The notes below the pieces were generated by a model. That model did no database searches, was not told the DNA's origin, and was given only the letters and a program-made list of their open reading frames with translations. The position numbers were made by a program, and so were the translations under genes. A stretch of 64,000 nt of DNA from assembly GCA_963845755.1 (NCBI GenBank), contig CAWJTV010000041.1, positions 224,001-288,000 of the forward strand, in the 5' to 3' direction. Origin of the DNA: an uncultured Planctomycetota bacterium (GTDB lineage: Bacteria > Planctomycetota > Planctomycetia > Isosphaerales > Isosphaeraceae). Within the stretch, counting starts at the first letter, position 1. Every line of letters starts with the position of its first letter. Shown here one piece after another: positions 24,831-35,446 of the stretch.

Positions 24831-25013
24831 ACGAGACGGAAGGAGACGGACCGGCGCAAGCCGTGCCCAGATGGCCAGCGGATTGGTGATCATTCCGCTG
24901 GCTTTCATCTCCATTCCTTGCAGTCCGGCATCGTCCAGCTCCCCTCGGCCTTTCCGGCGGCTCGAGTCCCCTTGAGTCGGGCCGGGCGCCAGGTTATGCT
25001 CGGAGGAGTGGAT

Positions 25014-25086
25014 TCCCCGATAGCTCAATCGGTAGAGCGAGCGGCTGTTAACCGCTAGGTTCAAGGTTCGAGTCCTTGTCGGGGAG
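25014..25086 (+). tRNA. tRNA-Asn(GTT)
   Basis: Acceptor stem TCCCCGA/TCGGGGA; D arm TAGCTCAATCGGTAGAGC; anticodon loop CTGTTAA; T loop GGTTCGAGTCC; CCA not encoded. Confidence 0.97.
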
Positions 25087-25623
25087 CTCTCGAGACACAT
25101 CATCAACGCCATCTCCCAGCACCACGCATTCTTCCCCAAATCGCCGCTCCCTCGCTTCCTTCGCGGAGCCGGCACCTCGCCCGGTCTTCGACTGGGAAGC
25201 GGAGTCTCCCCAGGTGAGAGCGATGATCGCTTTCCGGACATCGCGTCCAGGAAAATGGGGGCAGCCTCCCGGGTCTGAGTGGGGCCCTCATTCTTCGGCC
25301 CGGCGCACGCGGGTCGAGCCGGTTCTCATTTTCCGCGCCCGCAAACCACACGTCCCAGTGTATCAACACGGAGATGCTGGTGGGATGCCCTCCTGAGGTG
25401 CCCGACGTCGCGATCGATTCGCCGCGGGATGTCCGCGAAGCGATTCTATGGGCGCGACGGCCGGGTGCGGGCTGGACGCGAGCGACCGGCGCCGGCGGGC
25501 ATCGAGGTCAGCCTTGCTCGAATGAATTCCGCCGGTTTCGGGGCGTCCCGGGGTTTTGCCCCTTCGGCGGGGGGAAAAACGGACACTCCTCGCTCATCAC
25601 CACCTCGGTTCGACAGAGTTCTC

Positions 25624-25833
25624 TACGCCAACGGCGTTGCACAGCAAAGCCCAGGGTCGCCGCAGGCGCACCCTGGGAACGTCGAGTCGCCACCGAGTTC
25701 CGGTTTCCCTCTCCTCCGGCGCACCCCAACGGGGTTTCCCCAGCCCGACGCTCCGGTTCGCCTGGGGAGGAAGTTCCCGACCCAGGGTGCGCCTGCGGCG
25801 ACCCTGGGCTTTGCTCTTAATGCCTTTGGCGTA
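25624..25833. repeat. REP/MITE-like palindromic element
   Basis: ~54-bp inverted arms (agcaaagcccagggtcgccgcaggcgcaccctggg / cccagggtgcgcctgcggcgaccctgggctttgct), terminal tacgccaacggcgt / atgcctttggcgta, internal accccaacggggt hairpin. Confidence 0.85.
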
Positions 25834-26121
25834 AGGGTTGCCGCGGAATCCCGCTCGTCGGTTCATGAACCGAGTGGTGTTCGGCGAGAAGTGTCGAAAA
25901 TCGCGCAAGATCCGAGAGCACCCTACTCGCAATGGACTCCACGGATCTCTCGTTGCTGCTTCGAGTTCGTATCAGCGCCCGCAGCGTCGGGCGAGCTCGA
26001 GCCCTGCGTAAACTGCGAACCGCCGCTCGGAAACCCGCATTTGAGGGCTGTGCAGGCACCTTTCCATGCACTCGTTCATCGGTGGTACGCACGGCTTCGG
26101 GCGAGCCGCCACTTAGAGGGC

Positions 26122-26149
26122 TTGACAGCGGTGGAATTATGCTTTTAAT
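26122..26149 (+). promoter_or_regulatory. Putative sigma70 promoter upstream of pheA
   Basis: TTGACA-N16-TTTAAT in an AT-rich patch. Confidence 0.5.
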
Positions 26150-26410
26150 TACTTATGGTAGAAATGTTTGCGCTCGATGGCGGCGGGCGGTCGGACGATG
26201 GGGACGGTGGACAAGCAGTTGACCGACCTGGTCTCGGGAGCGATTCGGCCTGTCCCGATGGGGCGGGTAGAGGAAGCAACCCGGGCGCCGGCCTCCCTGC
26301 TTCCGAACATACTGGTCTCGCCTGGGACGCCCGATGCCGCGCCTCGGATGGGGACGTCGAGGCGCGAGGGCCGATTCTTTCCGTATGGTCTCTCACCGAG
26401 TCGACTGATT

Positions 26411-27589
26411 ATGAACCGGAAGTCATCGCCACGCAAAGGACCGGCCGCCGGCTCGAAGGATCAGCGCGTCGCTTCGAAGTCGTCCCAGGCCCCGCGCCCG
26501 CCCAGCCTGGCGAGCCTGAGAGGGGAGATCGACCGGCTGGACCATGAGTTGATCCAGCTATTGAATCGCCGGGCGGAGATCGCGGCGCGGATCGGGCAGG
26601 TCAAGAATGATCATGGGCTGGAGGTCTGGTCGGCGGCCCGGGAGGACGAGGTGGTCGCTCAGGCCCTGGCGGCGAGTCAGGGCCCGTTGCCGGCGGAGAC
26701 GCTGCGGATTATCTTCCGCGAGCTGATGAGCGGCTCCCGGGCGCTCCAGCGGACGATCCGGGTGGCTTGCCTGGGGCCGAAGTATAGTTACAGCCACCTC
26801 GCGGCGGTCGCGCGATTCGGCGAGGCCGTCGAGCACGTGCCCGTCGGCTCGATCGCCGCGGTCTTCGAGGAGGTCAATCGCCGCCACGTCCAGTTCGGGC
26901 TGGTGCCCCTGGAGAACTCGACCGACGGCCGGATCGCCGACACGCTCGATATGTTCATCAAGCTGCCGAACTTGAAGATCCGGGCGGAGGTGCGGCTGCG
27001 GGTCCATCATTGTCTGCTGGGCCGTTGCGAGTGGGGACAGGTGCGCCGGGTCTATTCGAAATCGCAGGCGCTGTCCCAGTGCCGGTTCTGGCTGGGGAAG
27101 AACGTACCCCAGGCGGCGAAGATCGAAGTCGTCTCGACGGCGGCCGCCGCCGAGCTGGCCCAGCGCGAGGATTACGCCGCGGCCGTCGCCAGCCGGGCCG
27201 CGGCCGGCGCCTACCGGCTCAACGTGCTGGCCGAGAACATCGAGGACCAACCCCACAACGTCACGCGGTTCGCCGTCATCGCCGAACGCGGCGGCGAGCG
27301 GACCGGCCGCGACAAGACCACCCTGAAGATCCGACTGTCCAACCAGTCCGGCTCGCTCGCCAAGATGATCGCGCCGTTCGAAAAGCTCGGGGTCAACATG
27401 ACCTGGATCGAGTCGTTCCCCAATCCTAACGGCGGAGGCGAGGGCGACCCATCCTACCTCTTCTTCATCGACATCGAGGGACACGTCAACGATCCCCCCG
27501 TCCAGAGGGCCCTCGAACTCGCCCGCAGGAGATGCGAGAGCCTCGACATCCTCGGCTCCTATCCCCGGAGCGAGTGCATTGAAAGCTAA
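26411..27589 (+). CDS. pheA: Chorismate mutase / prephenate dehydratase
   Basis: LRGEIDRLD..LLNRRA (chorismate mutase), LGPKYSYS, VPLENSTDG, SKSQALSQC, NVTRFAVI, ACT domain VNMTWIESFP..FFIDIEGH, LGSYP. Start approximate. Confidence 0.96.
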   Translation: MNRKSSPRKGPAAGSKDQRVASKSSQAPRPPSLASLRGEIDRLDHELIQLLNRRAEIAARIGQVKNDHGLEVWSAAREDEVVAQALAASQGPLPAETLRIIFRELMSGSRALQRTIRVACLGPKYSYSHLAAVARFGEAVEHVPVGSIAAVFEEVNRRHVQFGLVPLENSTDGRIADTLDMFIKLPNLKIRAEVRLRVHHCLLGRCEWGQVRRVYSKSQALSQCRFWLGKNVPQAAKIEVVSTAAAAELAQREDYAAAVASRAAAGAYRLNVLAENIEDQPHNVTRFAVIAERGGERTGRDKTTLKIRLSNQSGSLAKMIAPFEKLGVNMTWIESFPNPNGGGEGDPSYLFFIDIEGHVNDPPVQRALELARRRCESLDILGSYPRSECIES

Positions 27590-27634
27590 AAATTGATGAT
27601 GCTTCTACATTTTAACAAGCTGTAGCGAGGGAAC

Positions 27635-28120
27635 ATGGAAATCGCGCCGCCGGGATCGGATGCGGTCCTCTCCCCACCGGCACGGCCGCGCCGATCTTGG
27701 TTCGGGCTGATCGGGTTCGTCGCGGCGGTGCTCGGCCTCCCGCTGGCGATCGCGTCTCCCTACATTGCCGAGTTCCTGAAGCCTCCGCCGGCACCGCATA
27801 AGCTGTCGGATACCCTGGCGGAGGCCGGTGACAAGCTGGTTGGCCGCCTGATCGACCGGGTTCGCGGCCGGAAGCCCGACGCACCGGTGATTCCCCCGGC
27901 CGAACGCCCCTGGCTGCTCTACCTGACCATTACGGCCACTTCCCTCGGCCTGATCGGTTCACTGGCCGGAACCGTCGGCTGGATCCGCCGTGAGGATCAT
28001 CGGCTGGCCGGGAGTGCGATCGCGGTCGGAGCCCTGGCCGTCGCATGGATGTACATCGTCGCCGCCCTGGTCATCGCATTGGTTCTCATCTTCTTTCTGT
28101 GGCTCTCGGGGAACATGTGA
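27635..28120 (+). CDS. Inner membrane protein (YidI-like)
   Basis: RBS gaggga; N-terminal TM, a soluble helix, then TM pairs around IRREDHRLAGSAIAVG. Confidence 0.7.
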   Translation: MEIAPPGSDAVLSPPARPRRSWFGLIGFVAAVLGLPLAIASPYIAEFLKPPPAPHKLSDTLAEAGDKLVGRLIDRVRGRKPDAPVIPPAERPWLLYLTITATSLGLIGSLAGTVGWIRREDHRLAGSAIAVGALAVAWMYIVAALVIALVLIFFLWLSGNM

Positions 28121-28260
28121 GGCTAATTTCGGTGAGGGAATCGCCCGCCCGCGGGCGGCTGGAACTCTCTCCTTGCGAAGGTCCTCCGAGTCCCCCTCAC
28201 GAGGGGAGAGAGTCCACAGCTCGGGGGCCATTGGTTTTTCGCGGCATCGAGGATCCAGTC

Positions 28261-29155
28261 ATGAGTATCTTTTCGAGATTCTTCGGCAAGAAAGAGGAAG
28301 GCGACCGCGAAACTCAGCTCGTCGCGAATCCCGAAATCGAGGATCCGTTAAGCCTGCAAGTACTCTTCGAGGACCGGTTCCGGTTCGAGCCCGGCGCCGT
28401 GGCAAAGGGGCTTCGCTCGTACCACCCGTCCATGGCGCGCGCCCGATGTGAGGTCGCCCCCGAGCTCAGCCAGAAGGGTACGGTCTTCGGGCTCGCAGGC
28501 TGGGGCAAGCACGTCATCCGGCTGGTGGGGTTCGACCTCCCGATGCCAGCCGAGGCTGTGGAAACCTGCGTGGCGCCGTCGCCCTACCCGCGGGAGTTGA
28601 AGGAACGCGCCCGCGCGCATGCGAGTCACCTGCTGCTGTACTACGCGGGATTCGAATCCGGGCCACTCGAGCAATACGTCGCCCTGGCCGCGGTCGCCGG
28701 GGTGCTCGCGCGGTCCGGCGCGATCGTGGTCCTCAACGGAGCGGCCCACACCTCCCTCCCCGCGGCCGCGCTCTCCGATCAGGATGTCGAGGGCGACATC
28801 CTGGACGTCCTCCGGACATTGCCGCTGCCGATCCTCTTCTGTGGGTTCGTGAAATACGACGTCGAGGGGGTCGATGGGGTCTGGATGCGGACGTATGGGG
28901 CCCACCTGTTCGGCCTGCCCGACTTCGCCGCTCATGCCGAAGGCCATCACGAAGGTCAAAAATATTTCGATGTGTTCTCGAACATCCTCACCTACCTTCG
29001 CGAGTCCGGCGCCTCGATCGAAGCGGGCCACACCTTGCAGATCGGCGAGGAGGAATTCCTCCGCTTCCGCGCCGACGGACGACGAACCGTTCCTCGACTC
29101 CCAGGGAGAACTCCTGGTCGCGGAACCGATCGGGCCGGATGAGATCAACCGGTAG
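28261..29155 (+). CDS. DUF4261-like domain protein (frameshift near 29075)
   Basis: ARAHASHLLL, WMRTYGAHLFGLPDF, LTYL..GASIEAGHTL; the C-terminus FRAPTDDEPFLDS lies in a shifted frame. Confidence 0.75.
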
Positions 29156-29255
29156 GCGACATACGGACCGAACAGTCGCCGGATGTTGGCCGGTGGACGA
29201 TGAAGGTGGCCGCCAGGACTCTTCCGGTACCTGGAGTTTCTGGTCTCGATCGCTC

Positions 29256-31202
29256 TCACTCCGCTTGCCGGATGGCTTCGATGGCCGCGAGGTTCTCGAT
29301 GGTGGAAAGGTCTCCGGGTTCCTGACCGGTCGCGACGCGCTGGATGACGCGGCGGAGGATCTTGCCGCTGCGGGTCTTCGGCAGGTCGGCGACGAATCGC
29401 ACGCCCTCGGGGAGGAACGACTTGCCGAGCGCCTCGGCGACGCGGGCGCATAGCTCGGCCCGGAGCGAGCCACCCGGCTCATGTCCGGGTCGGGTGACGA
29501 CGAAACAGAGGATGGCCTCGCCCTTGACGCTGTGGGGGATGCCGATCGCCGCCGACTCGGCCACGGCCTCGTGGCCCGCGAGGATCGACTCGACTTCGGC
29601 CGGACCCAGTCGCTTGCCCGCGACCTTGATCGTGTCGTCGCTACGGCCGTGGAGGAACCAATCGCCGTCCGCGTCGATCGAGGCCCAGTCGCCATGGACC
29701 CAGACGTCCGGCCATCGCGACCAGTACGTCGCCAGGTAGCGCTCGGGGTCGCCCCAGATGCCGCGCGTCATGGCCGGCCAGGGCTTGGTGCAGACCAGCT
29801 CGCCGACCCCTTGGCGCAAGGGCCGGCCCTCCGGGTCATAGACGTCCATGGCCATCCCCAGCGACGGGCCGACGAGCGAACACGGTTTCAGCGGCGTGAT
29901 CGGGAACGGCGAGAGCAGGCAGGCGCCGACCTCGGTCCCACCCGTGATGTTGATGATCGGCAGCCGCCCCTGGCCGACGGTCTCGAACAGCCAGCGCCAG
30001 GACTCGGGGTCCCAGGGCTCGCCCGTCGAGCCGAGGATCCGCAGCCGGCTCAGGTCGTGGGACCGGACCGGATCCCGGCCATGTTTGATCAGGGCGCGGA
30101 TCAACGTGGGCGAGACCCCCAGGATCGTCACCCCGTGCCGCGCGACCATCGACCAGAGCCGGTCGGGGGCCGGGTAATCGGGCACCCCCTCGGCGAGGAC
30201 CACGGCCCCTCCGGCGGCCAGGGCGCCGACGAGCTCCCAGGGTCCCATGATCCAGCCCAGGTCGGTGACCCAGTAGAGCACGTCGTCCTCGTGCATGTCG
30301 GCCTGGTGGGCCGCTTCCTGGGCGATCTTGACCAGGAACCCGCCGTGCACATGGACCGCCCCCTTGGGCCGGCCGGTGGTGCCCGACGTGTAGATGATCA
30401 TCAGGGGGCTCTCCGGATCGAGCAGCTCGCACGGAGACTCGGCCGGCTCGGTGGAAATGAGCTCGTCCCAATCAATGTGACGGGCGTCGGGCGCCGGGAG
30501 CTCATCGGCCGGCCCGCGCCGGGATCGGGCGACGATGATGTGGCGGACGCTCGGGCAGGTGTCGGCGGCCTCTCGCGCAACCGGCTCCAGGTGGATCGCC
30601 TTGCCGCGGCGATACGAGACGTCGGCCGTGATCAGGGCCACGGCCTGGCCGTCCTCGAGCCGGGCGGCGACCGCCTGGGCGCCGAACCCGGAGAAGATCG
30701 GGATACACACCGCGCCGATCCGGGCACACGCCAGGAACGCGACAACGGCCTCCGGTACCATCGGCAGGAACAGGCCGACCCGGTCGCCCAGGCCAATCCC
30801 CAGGCGGCGCATGGCGCCGGCCAGGCGACAGGTCTCGGCGTGGAGCTCGGCGTAGGTGAGCCGACGGACCGTCCCATCCTCGCCCTCCCAGATCACGGCC
30901 GTGACGTCGCGCCGCGACGATCGCGCATGGCGATCGAGGCATTGATGCGCCAGGTTGATCGAACCGCCCAGGAACCAACGACACCAGGGAATCCCCCGGC
31001 TCGCATCCAGGATCGTTACATACGGACGGAAGAATGTGATGTCCAGGTCTTCGACCACGGCGTGCCAGAACCATTCGATATCCGCCGTCGAGCGGTCGAT
31101 CAATTCCTGGTAATCGGCGATCTTGTGCCGCTTCATGAACCGGCTGACATTGGCACGTTCGACGACGTCCGGCGTCGGAGTCCAGAGGTAGTTTCCCGGC
31201 AT
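29256..31202 (-). CDS. Acetyl-CoA synthetase-like AMP-binding enzyme
   Basis: IIYTSGTTGRPKG, TDLGWIMG, GSTGEP, GGTE, WVHGD, GRSDD, LPKTRSGKILRR. Confidence 0.93.
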   Translation of the reverse strand: MPGNYLWTPTPDVVERANVSRFMKRHKIADYQELIDRSTADIEWFWHAVVEDLDITFFRPYVTILDASRGIPWCRWFLGGSINLAHQCLDRHARSSRRDVTAVIWEGEDGTVRRLTYAELHAETCRLAGAMRRLGIGLGDRVGLFLPMVPEAVVAFLACARIGAVCIPIFSGFGAQAVAARLEDGQAVALITADVSYRRGKAIHLEPVAREAADTCPSVRHIIVARSRRGPADELPAPDARHIDWDELISTEPAESPCELLDPESPLMIIYTSGTTGRPKGAVHVHGGFLVKIAQEAAHQADMHEDDVLYWVTDLGWIMGPWELVGALAAGGAVVLAEGVPDYPAPDRLWSMVARHGVTILGVSPTLIRALIKHGRDPVRSHDLSRLRILGSTGEPWDPESWRWLFETVGQGRLPIINITGGTEVGACLLSPFPITPLKPCSLVGPSLGMAMDVYDPEGRPLRQGVGELVCTKPWPAMTRGIWGDPERYLATYWSRWPDVWVHGDWASIDADGDWFLHGRSDDTIKVAGKRLGPAEVESILAGHEAVAESAAIGIPHSVKGEAILCFVVTRPGHEPGGSLRAELCARVAEALGKSFLPEGVRFVADLPKTRSGKILRRVIQRVATGQEPGDLSTIENLAAIEAIRQAE

Positions 31203-31308
31203 GCTCTCCCCCGATCGTCTGGCGACTTCTCTCGTGCACGACGCCGGTTGACAGTCTAGCACCCGGGAAACATGATGAGTATGGGACACACCTGCAAGGG
31301 AGGTCGAG

Positions 31309-31536
31309 ATGGACGAAGTCTTGACGATGGACGAGATCAAAGCTCGCTACGCGCCGGACTGGGTTTTGATCGCGGATCCGGAGACCGACGATATGCAGCG
31401 GGTCCTTCGGGGCAGAGTCGTCTGCCACGGCCCTGATGACGAAGAGCTTCTTCGCAAAGCCACAGAATTGAAGCTCGACCACATCGCTGTCCGCTTCCTC
31501 GGCGAATGGCCTGAGGACGTGGTGGTCGTGCTATGA
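31309..31536 (+). CDS. Small DUF5678-like protein
   Basis: ggagg RBS; EIKARYAPDWVLI..GRVVCHGPDDEEL; stop overlaps the next start (ATGA). Confidence 0.75.
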   Translation: MDEVLTMDEIKARYAPDWVLIADPETDDMQRVLRGRVVCHGPDDEELLRKATELKLDHIAVRFLGEWPEDVVVVL

Positions 31537-31919
31537 ACACCTACCTATTCAACCCAAAGCACGGGTCGATCGTCGTTGAGGCGCAGGCCACCGGGCCAAC
31601 CCGCACTATCGACTTGAAACTCCTGTTGGACACCGCGGCGAGCATGAGTGTGATCAAACTCGGGTACTTGGCCTATCTCGGTTTTGATCCCGCCCAGCCG
31701 CTTCGACGAGTCCAGATGGCGACGGGGAGTTCCGTGGGTACCGCACCGGTCTTTGCCCTGACGCGGCTCAGTGCGCTCGGGCAACACCGATTCATCTTTC
31801 CAGTGATCGGTCACACGCCCCCGGCGCTCTCCGGCGCCGAGGGCTTGCTCGGCCTGGATTTCCTTCGAGACCAGGTCTTGAACATCGATTTTCGCCTGGG
31901 GCAGATCACCCTGGCATGA
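31533..31919 (+). CDS. Retropepsin-like (clan AA) aspartic protease
   Basis: LLLDTAAS (DTG variant), flap region VQMATGS, GLLGLDFL..LNIDF. Confidence 0.85.
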   Translation: MNTYLFNPKHGSIVVEAQATGPTRTIDLKLLLDTAASMSVIKLGYLAYLGFDPAQPLRRVQMATGSSVGTAPVFALTRLSALGQHRFIFPVIGHTPPALSGAEGLLGLDFLRDQVLNIDFRLGQITLA

Positions 31920-32106
31920 TCGAGTCGCCTTGGCCCGCGCTCGGTCCATCGACCCGACCGGAAAGATTGCGCAACTTCCGCGGGACGATCCCCCATCAAA
32001 TGACGCTGAGGTCATTCAGGGACGTGCGGAGCAGCCCGCCGTCGAGCGGCCTGATGGCGACGAATGCACGGGGGAGGCCGGCCCGGGACGGAGCCCCGGT
32101 GGAGGC

Positions 32107-32379
32107 ATGGTCTTGGAAGACGCCAGCCCGAGCGTAACGAGCTACCAGGGACTCACAGTCCACGATCCCGATGAGATCGCCGCGCGGCTCGGGGGGATCA
32201 ATATCAAGACGCTGATGGCGTTGATCCGCGCCCACGGTCTGGAGACCACGACGCTGGGCTACACCGAGCCGGCACGCAAGGGCGGTCGCCCGCGCCGCCT
32301 CTGGGGGATGACCGACTCGCAGTTGGAAGCCCTCCTGGCCTTGCGGGATCGTGGCGGCGAGAAGAGCCCGCCGGTCTGA
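32107..32379 (+). CDS. Small putative DNA-binding protein (excisionase/MerR-like HTH)
   Basis: DPDEIAARLGGINIKTLMALIR..GGRPRRLW pattern; start uncertain (the ORF opens at 31930). Confidence 0.5.
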   Translation: MVLEDASPSVTSYQGLTVHDPDEIAARLGGINIKTLMALIRAHGLETTTLGYTEPARKGGRPRRLWGMTDSQLEALLALRDRGGEKSPPV

Positions 32380-32545
32380 GCCGACCCGGTCGCCGACCGA
32401 GTTCCTGGGGAACTGGCCTTCCGCGATTTCCGGTTTCGGGTTATCTCTTAGCCCCGCGCCCGGGCCCTGGGGCGGGTCCCGAGGGAGGGACGATTTCGGA
32501 GAGAATCAGTTCGGGGTCGGGTGCTGGAGAGCGGATTGACTGCCA

Positions 32546-34035
32546 ATGGATCTCCCCTCGCCAAGGCCCGCCCGATCGGATGCCGGCCGATGGCCTGCGC
32601 TCCGGAGCTTGTTCTCGGTCGTGTTCCTGCTCGCCTGTGCGGCGTGCCGGATGCTCGGCCTCCCGGGCCGCGATCCGGCCGGGACACCGCCCCCCGGGGG
32701 CGCGGCCGTGCTCCGCGTGGAGGGGCGGCACTTCGTGGCGCCGGACGGCCGCATCGTCCTGCTCCGCGGGGTCAACCTCGGCGGTGGTAAGCTCCCTCCT
32801 TTCATCCTGCTGGACGACCCGGCGGTCCTCGACCGCGTGGTCGAGCTCGGCTTCAATGCCATCCGCATGCCGTTCATCTGGGAGGCTTACGAGCCGGAGC
32901 CCGGCCGTTACGACGACTCGTACCTGGCGCGGATGACGGGCGTCGCCGCGTCAGCCTGGGATCGCGGGCTCTACGTGATCGTCGACATCCACCAGGACGG
33001 ATTCGCCCGCACCGTGACCCGCGGCTGCGGCTGCGGCTTCCCGCTGTGGGCGGTCTCACCGCGCGCCAAGCCCCACGCGCCCGACAACGGCTGCGGTTGC
33101 AAGACCTGGGCCATCCAGGAACTCACCGATCCCGGCGTGCATCGTTCGTTCTCCGACTTCTATGCCGACACGTACGGTGTTCGCACGCGGTACCTCGCCA
33201 TGCTCGAGCGGGTCGCCGGTGCGTTCGCCGGGATTGCGGGCGTCGTCGGCTACGACCCGCTCAACGAGCCGTGGGGGGACGAGCGTCGCGAGATTGCGCC
33301 GCTGTACCGCGACGCGGCCGCAGCCCTCCGCGCCCGGCATCCGTCGGCCATCCTCTTCCTCGAGGCGCGGGGACCGGCCGCCGCGGGATTCCGGACCCGG
33401 CTCCCGGAGCCGGGCTTCGGCAATGTGGCGTTCGCCCCACATTATTACCATCCGCTGGCGATCGTTCGCGAAGACTGGGGCGGACAGACCGCCGCCATCA
33501 ACCGGGCGTTCAACCGGATGGAGGAGAAGGCGAACGAATGGTGCGCGCCGCTGATCCTCGGCGAGCTCGGCATCCCGGGCGACGCGCGCCGCGCCGGCGA
33601 CTACGTGGACTATCTCTACGACCGGCTCGACGCCGCACTCGCATCGGGTTTGCAGTGGAGCATCGCGCCCCGCTGGACGGTCGAGAACCGAGACGGATGG
33701 AACTGCGAAGACTTCAGCTTGCTCGATGGTGCCGGCGTGGTCCGGCCCAACTACCGGCCGCGCCCCTATCCCCATCGAGTGGCCGGTGTGCCCCGTTGCC
33801 TCCGATTCGAACCGCACGCATCGCCGCGGGGATGCCCACGACTCGAGTTCGCCTGGGACAACCGTCCCGAGCTTGGTCGAACCGAGCTGGTCGTTCCGGC
33901 CGGAGTCTTCCCCGCGGCGCACAGGTCACGATCGAGCCCGACGATGCGACCTGCCACTGGGACCCGTCGGGACGGCTCCTGTTCTGCAGCGCCCCCCGTC
34001 CCGTGACCATCCGGGTCGTCGTCGAGATCCCTTGA
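32546..34035 (+). CDS. GH5 glycoside hydrolase, endoglycoceramidase-like (frameshift near 33915)
   Basis: LRGVN, GFNAIR..WEAYEPEPG.YD, VIVDIHQD, YDPLNEP (acid/base), FAPHYY, ILGELG (nucleophile), RPYP..VAG.P. Confidence 0.9.
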
Positions 34036-34096
34036 ACTTGATCGGCGATGCGGAGGTGACCGGTGTCTCGCGTCCCATCGCCACCAGACACCCGGA

Positions 34097-34990
34097 TCAC
34101 TGCTCGAGGTTGAAGAGCTCACCACCGGCGCGGGTGATCAGCGCATACCAGGTCTTCCGGTCCAGCTTAGCGGACAGGTGACGGACTGAGCCGTCGCACA
34201 GCGCGACGTAGAGTCGCCCGTCATGGGTCGAGCCGCTGTAGATCTTCCGGGCCAGCGGATCGTTCCCGGCATAGGCCGGGGCCGTGTTGACGTCGAACTC
34301 GCTGCCGCCCCAGCCACCGACGGCCCAGCCGAAGCTGTCGCGCTTCTCGACGAAAGCCAGCGTGTTGGACGTGCCGTCGGTGATGTCCAGGACGCTGATA
34401 TTGCGCGCCCGCGGCCTCCCGTCCTGAGCTTTGTCCTGGCAGTCGGGCGGCATGACGGTCATCATCACGCCGAGATACGACCCTTTCTGCTTCGCGAAGT
34501 CCTCGCCCCAGGGACCACGACCGCCGCCCCAGTTAGCCCCGTAGTGCCCCTTCGCGAAGGTCGATCGGCTCTCCGGGTATCGCACTTCCGCGGCCCGCAC
34601 CAGATTGATGTCGGGGTTATCCGGACAGAGGAACGTATCCATCTTATGGCGGACCACCGTATGATTTGCGGCGTGCCAGTTCTCCAGGTGGAAGTTATAC
34701 ATGTTGTAAAGAGGCGCCTGTTCGACATACGGCAAGATGATCGTGAAAACGCCGTGCCCGTTGCCGTGGCCCTCGCCCTGGACCTGGCTCATCGGGAAGC
34801 GGTTCCATGCTGTGTGGTAATTGTGGATGGCCAGGCCCATCAGTTTCAGGTTGTTCTCGCAACTCACCGCCCGGGCCGCGGCCCGGGCCTGTTGAACCGC
34901 CGGCAGCAGGAGCGCCAGCATGACGCCGACAACGGCCATCACGACCAGCAGTTCGATCAGCGCGATGCCCGCGCGGGTATTTCGTCGCAT
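34097..34990 (-). CDS. DUF1559 prepilin-type N-terminal cleavage protein
   Basis: GIALIELLVVMAVVGVMLALLLPAVQQAR..CENNLKLMGLAIHNYH, ITDGTSNTL, H-X9-DG (HDGRLYVALCDGSV). Confidence 0.93.
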   Translation of the reverse strand: MRRNTRAGIALIELLVVMAVVGVMLALLLPAVQQARAAARAVSCENNLKLMGLAIHNYHTAWNRFPMSQVQGEGHGNGHGVFTIILPYVEQAPLYNMYNFHLENWHAANHTVVRHKMDTFLCPDNPDINLVRAAEVRYPESRSTFAKGHYGANWGGGRGPWGEDFAKQKGSYLGVMMTVMPPDCQDKAQDGRPRARNISVLDITDGTSNTLAFVEKRDSFGWAVGGWGGSEFDVNTAPAYAGNDPLARKIYSGSTHDGRLYVALCDGSVRHLSAKLDRKTWYALITRAGGELFNLEQ

Positions 34991-35446
34991 CGGTGTGTCC
35001 TCCCAGGTCGAAGACTTTCTGGCGGGTCGATCGAAGGGGCTATACTCCAATCGTAGCCAGGGATTCCGGATCGGGCCAGATCTCGGCATTCGCTCCTTCG
35101 AAAAAGATCGTGGGGTTCTCGGCGAGCACGGGACGACCGGGGCTTGCGCCTCGCTGCTCACAGAGCACCTACCAACCGCCTTCGAGGCTCCTCGTACACC
35201 CTTTCATCACTAAAGGAATGAATCGGGCGAATCGATACACGATTCTTGAAAAAGTCCTGGATCACGGTTGACCCTTCGACGCCGTCCCTCCGGGTCGATA
35301 AGATGGAGCGGGTCCGGAACATCCCGGCATCGCATCAACGGTTCCACGAAGATCGCGATGTTCCCATTCCAGTACCATCCTTCCCAGAACGGCCGCGGCG
35401 CCCCGCCTACCGCGTGGCCGATCATCCAGGAAAGCGAGGTTCCACT

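Noticed and set aside
24669..25086. Integrated element at tRNA-Asn, or a HicAB toxin-antitoxin pair
   Set aside because: No integrase, no duplicated tRNA 3' end, and no toxin gene next to the RHH gene.
25279..26148. 289-aa ORF downstream of the tRNA
   Set aside because: It reads through the palindromic element, has no RBS or domain motif, and has an atypical composition.
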